Source: an uncultured Cyclobacterium sp.
GTDB taxonomy: Bacteria; Bacteroidota; Bacteroidia; Cytophagales; Cyclobacteriaceae
NCBI RefSeq assembly: GCF_963977555.1
Contig: NZ_CAXBPD010000021.1
Coordinates: 19,195 to 83,194, forward strand
Direction of reading: 5' to 3'
DNA length: 64,000 nt
Position 1 is the first letter of the stretch, and the number at the start of each line of letters is the position of its first letter. The notes beneath the pieces were generated by a model. That model saw only the letters and a program-made list of their open reading frames with translations, was not told the DNA's origin and made no database searches. Below, one piece after another: positions 58,308 to 64,000 of this stretch. The position numbers were made by a program, and so were the translations under genes.

Positions 58308-60565
58308 TAATATTTTAGACCAACCTTTATTCCTCCGTAAAAGTTTCTTGTGGCTGCAGGTTGGAAATACCTTCCTCCAAATGGATTCAGATCATTGCCC
58401 AAACTATAACTGGCATTTGTTAAATTCTGCACTCCAAAATACAATTCAAGATCAAGGGCTTTCCCAACATCACCTCTCCACCCTACTCTTGAATTCATCA
58501 AGTGATAGGCCTCCTGAAACACGGTATTCGCATCATTCAATGGGATGTCATCCACAAACTGGTGGGTAAAGTTAAGGTAGAAGCCAGGCTTGGTTTTGAT
58601 GTCCAATTGATTGACTAAAGTATTTGGAGCTACTCCCGTAAGGTCATTTCCACTGTAATCGTTGTCTCCTTTTACAAAATCCACAAACTCAAAATAATGC
58701 CCTGTAAATGAATGGGTAACTTTAACTTCTTGTACAAAAGACATTTGCTTTCTTATCAGCGCATAATCCACCAACAATTCTATTCCTTTCTGGTTAGTAG
58801 CTCCCGCATTTCTAAATAGGACTACGCCTTGCTCATTGACAAAAGTAGTGATGGTTTCATCTAGCTTGAAGTAGAAAACAGAACCATCTACATTCACCCT
58901 GCCCTTGTTGAAGCTTGAGCGGTAACCCAATTCGTAATTTACTCCTTTTTCTGCCTCCAGGTCCAGGTTGATTGATCCTTCATTGGTCCTCACTTCGTCA
59001 ATGGTAGGAGGCGAAAACCCTGAACTGATACTGCCATATACCGCAGCATTGCTGTTCAATTTTGCTGACAGTGCAACCCTAGGCACAACTACAGGATCAA
59101 AAGAACGCTTGGCATTGGAGGGCACCCCATTAATCCTATCAATATTTCTAGCGATGTTAAAACTGGAAAAGTTTTGGCTTAAGCCTACAGTCATTAATAA
59201 CCTCTCTGAGAGTTCCGCTTCCAACTGTTGGAAAAGAAAAGCCGTTTTTGTCAATAGCTCATCACCAAAACGGATGGTATCAATTTGCCCTCCATTGTTA
59301 CCAAAATTTTGAGCAGAAGTTTTAGAAAGTTGGTATTCACCACCAGCTATAAGTCTAACAGGTACATTCGACCAAATATCATCATAGGTAAAGCTTGTTC
59401 TTCCACCATAGCCATATTGCGTTTCTTTTTTATAATCCAGGTTAAAAGGATTCTCAAAATCTGTCGTGTTGATATAAAGGGAAGTTTTATTGTCTAGGTT
59501 ATGGTTAAACCTATAGTCATGGGACAAGGTACCGTACAATGACTGCTGGTCTATGGATGCATTCTGTGCGGCAGACCCAGGTCTTGCCTGACGTGGATTT
59601 TCCGCCACTTGGTCTGCAGTTAATGCTCCAGGCAACTCATAAAAGAGATCTGAGTATAGGATCTGAGTAGTAAGTTTCTGTTTCTTGGAAGGCTGAAAAT
59701 AACCGGTAACCTGCAACACTTCTCTGTCCATGGCGGTGTGGTCCCTGTACCCGTCAGATTTTTGTTTGGCGTAGGATACGCTAAGGCCTCCGTTGTCAAG
59801 TTTTTGGTCTACTCCCAATCGGTAGCGCACCAAACCAAATTCACCCACTGAAAAGTCTGCTCCAATTCTATTTTCATCTACTGACTCCTTACTGGTAAAA
59901 CTGATCACGCCACCATTGCCGGCACCATAAATACTCCCGGCAGGACCTTTGATAATTTCTGTATTTTGAATATTGGAGAGGTCGAGCATGTTCAAAGGTG
60001 TGGTGCCATCCGGTGCGGTAAAAGGCATACCATTCCAGTAGACCTTTACATTACGTACACCAAATGGCGAGCGCAATGAACTACCACGGATAGACACCCT
60101 GTAACTGGCAGGAGCCCGTTCTTCTATACGAATTCCGGGTTTGGTATTAAAAGCCTGTACTATAGAAGTCTCATTGAAACGGTACAGGTCCGACTCGGAT
60201 ACTCGCGCAATTCCGGCTGCCTGCTCCAATAATGGGCGCTCAGACTCAAAAGAGCTCACCAATACTTCGGCCAATGCATTTTCTCCCCTTACCAAATACA
60301 CAGTAATCTCGCCTGATGCAGGTACCAATACGCTTTGCTCCTCATAGGCAATATGTGAAAAAAACAAGTTAGAAGGCTCTTTTAAGTTTACCGTCAATTC
60401 TCCCTTATCGTTGGCAGTAATAGCTTTTTGGGTGTTGACTTTTACTGTAACAAAAGCCACAGGCTCTTGAGATGTCGCATCCAACACTTTAACCTTGGTT
60501 TGGGCCAAAAGTGTTAATGGAAGCAATAAAAGTAGTATTAGGTATAATTGTAATTTCATTTTCAA
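58307..60565 (-). CDS. TonB-dependent receptor
   Basis: Signal peptide, plug SIRGS..RSPFG.RN.KVYWNG, IKGPAGSIYG, C-terminal beta-strand GIKVGLKY. Confidence 0.92.
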   Translation of the reverse strand: MKMKLQLYLILLLLLPLTLLAQTKVKVLDATSQEPVAFVTVKVNTQKAITANDKGELTVNLKEPSNLFFSHIAYEEQSVLVPASGEITVYLVRGENALAEVLVSSFESERPLLEQAAGIARVSESDLYRFNETSIVQAFNTKPGIRIEERAPASYRVSIRGSSLRSPFGVRNVKVYWNGMPFTAPDGTTPLNMLDLSNIQNTEIIKGPAGSIYGAGNGGVISFTSKESVDENRIGADFSVGEFGLVRYRLGVDQKLDNGGLSVSYAKQKSDGYRDHTAMDREVLQVTGYFQPSKKQKLTTQILYSDLFYELPGALTADQVAENPRQARPGSAAQNASIDQQSLYGTLSHDYRFNHNLDNKTSLYINTTDFENPFNLDYKKETQYGYGGRTSFTYDDIWSNVPVRLIAGGEYQLSKTSAQNFGNNGGQIDTIRFGDELLTKTAFLFQQLEAELSERLLMTVGLSQNFSSFNIARNIDRINGVPSNAKRSFDPVVVPRVALSAKLNSNAAVYGSISSGFSPPTIDEVRTNEGSINLDLEAEKGVNYELGYRSSFNKGRVNVDGSVFYFKLDETITTFVNEQGVVLFRNAGATNQKGIELLVDYALIRKQMSFVQEVKVTHSFTGHYFEFVDFVKGDNDYSGNDLTGVAPNTLVNQLDIKTKPGFYLNFTHQFVDDIPLNDANTVFQEAYHLMNSRVGWRGDVGKALDLELYFGVQNLTNASYSLGNDLNPFGGRYFQPAATRNFYGGIKVGLKY

Positions 60566-60706
60566 TTAATTAATAGATGTGGCTAAGTTTAAGCTGTAAA
60601 ATTAAGGCAATTTTAAGGGAATTCACCACCGATGAAAAAAACCTTGGACAGTTAATCAAAAAATTGATAACTTGTTCGAGTATTTTCATTTTACCCAAAA
60701 AAGATT

Positions 60707-61249
60707 ATGGATAGAAGATCCGCTATGAAGCAACTAGCGATTCTAACCGGAGGGGCGGTACTGATGCCTGCCTGCGACTTCAGCGAGGAATCCATTTTGC
60801 AAGCCTATCAAAACCTAAACATTACCCAAAGCAACAGAGCTTTACTTACCCAGGTGACGAACACTATTTTCCCCGGCACCACCCTCAAAAAAGCCGAAGA
60901 ATTAATGATTCCTGACTTTGTGCTCGTAATGAGCAATGATTGCCTGGATACAGAACAACAAGCAGGCTTCGTCAAAGGACTAAAAGGCTGGGAGGATTTT
61001 TCAAAGAAAACCTTTGGCAAGGCATTTTCAAAAATGGACCAAAAAGAAGCAGAAGAGGCCATCGTAAAAGGAATGGCTATGGAAGGCGAAAATGAAAGTG
61101 AAGCCGGCAACACCCGCCAATTTCTAAATACCACCAAACGTTTCGCACTGCAGGGCTATCTCAATTCTGAGTATTTCATGACTGAAATAAAGCCCTACGA
61201 ACTGGTTCCTGCCCGTTTTTATGGCAGCAAATTAATTGAAAACGCATAA
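60707..61249 (+). CDS. Gluconate 2-dehydrogenase subunit 3 family protein (Tat lipoprotein)
   Basis: MDRRSAMK Tat-like motif, LQGYLNSEY; directly upstream of a GMC oxidoreductase. Confidence 0.85.
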   Translation: MDRRSAMKQLAILTGGAVLMPACDFSEESILQAYQNLNITQSNRALLTQVTNTIFPGTTLKKAEELMIPDFVLVMSNDCLDTEQQAGFVKGLKGWEDFSKKTFGKAFSKMDQKEAEEAIVKGMAMEGENESEAGNTRQFLNTTKRFALQGYLNSEYFMTEIKPYELVPARFYGSKLIENA

Positions 61250-61263
61250 AAAGAACGGACGCA

Positions 61264-62967
61264 ATGGCCAATTTGAATATAAAAAGCAAAAAAGAAAATA
61301 GCTACGATGCCATCGTCATCGGCTCTGGAATAAGCGGGGGATGGGCAGCCAAAGAATTTTGCGAGAAAGGATTAAATACACTGGTACTGGAAAGAGGCCG
61401 TGAAGTAAATCACGTTAAAGACTATCCTACCACCAATAAAATGCCTTGGGAACTTGAACACAGGGGCGGAATACTCCAAAGCGTAAAAGAAGAAAACCCA
61501 GTAGTGAGTAGGTGTTATGCTTATAAAGAGGACACAAAGCATTTTTTCGTTAAGGACACAGAGCATCCTTATGTACAGGAAAAGCCTTTTGATTGGATCA
61601 GAGGCTACCAAACAGGAGGCAAGTCCTTGCTATGGGCTAGACAGGTTCAACGCTGGAGTGATTTCGATTTTGAAGGCCCTGCAAGAGATGGGTTTGCTGT
61701 GGACTGGCCTATTCGCTACAAAGACCTGGCGCCTTGGTACAGTCATGTGGAGAAATTCATTGGTGTCTCGGGCAACAAAGATGGCAAAGCCAACTTGCCA
61801 GATGGAGAGTTTTTACCTCCATTTGAACTCACTGCCGGAGAAAAATATTTTAAGGAGTTTTTGAAAAACAATTATCCAGAAAGGGAAATTGTGGTCGCAC
61901 GTTGTGCACATATCACAGGAAACCAGGAATTCTACGCCAAACAAGGCAGAACCCTTTGTCAAAACAGGACCCTTTGTCAGCGAGGTTGTCCATTTGGTGG
62001 TTATTTCAGTAGCAATTCCTCCACCCTACCATGGGCTGCTCAAACCGGAAACCTTACCATGCACAATCATGCAGTGGTGCACTCTATCATTTATAACGAT
62101 GAAAAGGCAAAGGCTACAGGCGTAAGGGTTATCGATGCGCAGACCAAAGAAATGAAGGAGTTTTATGCCGACATCATCTTTGTCAATGCAAGTGCGCTGA
62201 ATACCAATCTGATTTTACTTAATTCTACCTCAAGTCGTTTTCCAAATGGCTTGGGAAATGACAGTGGTACGCTGGGTAAATATGTAGCTTTCCACAACTA
62301 CCGCGCAGGCATCTCTGCCGAGTACGACGGATTGAAGGAATACACGACTGAAGGCCGAAGACCTACTTCAGGTTATTTCCCGAGGTTTAGAAACCTCCAC
62401 AAGCAGGAAACGAATTTCCTCAGAGGCTATGCGGCAGGTTTCAGCTCTGGAAGAAGCACGCACAGTGATTATTCAGGAATAGGCGATGAGTTGGAACAGT
62501 CCATGACAAAAGCACCGGAATACGGTCCCTGGAGAATGGGATCGCACATGATGGGTGAAACCATTCCTAAGGAAGAAAGCCAGGTAAGCCTTGACCCAAC
62601 GCTAAAAGACGAATGGGGCATTCCACAGCTTAAAATCTCTATGGATTATGATGCCAATGATGAAGCCATGATTAAGGATTACCTGGAGCAAATGTCAGAG
62701 ATGTTTGACGCCGCAGGCTTCACCAATATCCGTACGAGAGATGACAAACGTGCACCAGGCCTGGACATACACGAAATGGGAGGAGCCAGAATGGGAAAAG
62801 ATCCTAACACCTCGGTACTCAATGAATGGAATCAGGTACATGCCTGCCCCAATGTATACGTTACGGATGGCGCCTGCATGACCTCCACCAGTACGCAGAA
62901 TCCTTCGCTAACCTATATGGCATTTACCGCAAGGGCAGTAGATCATGCCGTAAAGAACAGGGGGTAA
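61264..62967 (+). CDS. GMC family oxidoreductase (glycoside/sugar 3-dehydrogenase-like flavoprotein)
   Basis: IGSGISGGWAAKE, GGKSLLW, HEMGGARMG, DGACM, NPSLTYMA. Confidence 0.93.
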   Translation: MANLNIKSKKENSYDAIVIGSGISGGWAAKEFCEKGLNTLVLERGREVNHVKDYPTTNKMPWELEHRGGILQSVKEENPVVSRCYAYKEDTKHFFVKDTEHPYVQEKPFDWIRGYQTGGKSLLWARQVQRWSDFDFEGPARDGFAVDWPIRYKDLAPWYSHVEKFIGVSGNKDGKANLPDGEFLPPFELTAGEKYFKEFLKNNYPEREIVVARCAHITGNQEFYAKQGRTLCQNRTLCQRGCPFGGYFSSNSSTLPWAAQTGNLTMHNHAVVHSIIYNDEKAKATGVRVIDAQTKEMKEFYADIIFVNASALNTNLILLNSTSSRFPNGLGNDSGTLGKYVAFHNYRAGISAEYDGLKEYTTEGRRPTSGYFPRFRNLHKQETNFLRGYAAGFSSGRSTHSDYSGIGDELEQSMTKAPEYGPWRMGSHMMGETIPKEESQVSLDPTLKDEWGIPQLKISMDYDANDEAMIKDYLEQMSEMFDAAGFTNIRTRDDKRAPGLDIHEMGGARMGKDPNTSVLNEWNQVHACPNVYVTDGACMTSTSTQNPSLTYMAFTARAVDHAVKNRG

Positions 62968-63001
62968 ATGTAAAATCAAATTTGGCCGCAAAGGTCAATT
63001 C

Positions 63002-63037
63002 AATAGGCCGGGACATTGTTCCGGTCTATTTTTTTTT
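63002..63037 (+). terminator. Intrinsic terminator after the GMC gene
   Basis: aataggccggga-cattg-ttccggtctatt plus T-run. Confidence 0.75.
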
Positions 63038-63280
63038 GGGGTTGGCGTTGGGCTTCAGGAGGTCGATTGGTTATGTAGGCTTGAAATTTTGTCAGCATAA
63101 TGTTTCAGGTTATTTCCGGCCTTCAAAGGTTATGGTTTTTGGATCAGGATGGAAGGCGTTAAGAAAAAGAGTTAGCTCCCACAAGGAGATCCACTCTTTT
63201 TTAGTCTGGAATGCTGCTCCAAAAATCAAATGATGGTAACGCGAGAGGACGCTATTCTAAACCCTTAACCATCATTTGAA

Positions 63281-63369
63281 ATAAGATTTGACAGCCTTGA
63301 TTTTTTTGGTTCGTTTTTTCATCATAGCCTGCCCTGAAGCGTAGCAAGTCAGGGGAAAAAATGAACAGA
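63281..63369 (-). repeat. Dispersed ~90-bp MITE/REP-like element, copy 2
   Basis: Reverse complement aligns with 52749-52840. Confidence 0.75.
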
Positions 63370-63531
63370 GGGAATTAATTAAAAATAATACTCTGCCCTA
63401 AAGATCTAGCTTTTAAGGTTCATATTTTACATTGAAAACATACAAATTAAATATGAACGATTGAGATTTTGTCAGCATTGTTGCTAAAAATAGGCAACAA
63501 TACCGCCAAAATCGCAACGTTTGTTTTTTTT

Positions 63532-63577
63532 ACCACGGGCTGCACCCGTGGCTAAATTATATCGGCCTTTCAGGACT
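63532..63577. repeat. REP-like element (palindrome plus gcctttcagg.ct tail)
   Basis: ccacggg-ctgca-cccgtgg hairpin followed by gcctttcaggact; resembles RAYT-associated REP architecture (from memory). Confidence 0.4.
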
Positions 63578-64000
63578 GTCCTGAAATTATTCATTAGGAT
63601 TTCATGATCTTTCTAAGTAAGGCATTTCTCTAAATCAAAAGCTGGTTTTATGCACATAAAACTTAAAAAAAATCATTTTTACTGTATTTAAAAGACTTGT
63701 ATCATCTCCAACAGCTTTTTATCAAACAATATTTAGTTTATCTTGGGTAAATATTTACTTTGATAAACCCTTCCACCTGATGTTAATTGAAAAATGACCT
63801 ACAACAATATTTTTTGCCTTATCGGTAAGTTGAGCGGCTTTAATCTCAAAGAGAATACATCAATAAGGCATCTTTTCAATTTTATGGAATGAATCACATA
63901 AAAATCAGATAATTCCGAACATCGGAAACCTGAAACCCTTCAATTCAAATTATATTCAATCAAAAAATACATATTACCCTAATGACCCAAGCAGTACACA

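Noticed and set aside
63600-64000. Possible gene remnant in the AT-rich terminal region
   Set aside because: Only short interrupted frames with no recognisable similarity

Overview
64 kb of a Bacteroidota chromosome. The group is inferred as Cytophagales, probably Cyclobacteriaceae, from gldD, TonB receptors and TAnnTTTG promoters. Roughly the right third is housekeeping: mtgA, hflX, rfbC, PHP phosphatase, epimerase, TPR, comA, DUF368, aroE, a TPP-riboswitch TonB receptor, desaturase, gldD and a GMC oxidoreductase pair. The left and middle are accessory: lemA-DUF2207, an orphan 3-module NRPS (A-T-C-A-T-C-A-T-TE) with a HEXXH lipoprotein, a K+ channel, rluF/ddl, a high-GC beta-helix gene, a PNGase F-like protein, two divergent DUF1549/DUF1553-DUF1501 operons, an HD hydrolase and a frameshifted GIY-YIG gene with REP-like repeats. 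The most unusual feature is at 14.6-17.0 kb. Three minus-strand units of about 260 bp each carry a promoter, a structured leader, an identical 124-nt tRNA-like domain (GUC anticodon, Leu-type D-arm, U37, 55-nt variable arm), a trailer complementary to the leader, and a terminator. They flank a HAD-IIA phosphatase gene. All analysis was by eye plus the supplied ORF track; no database searches were run.
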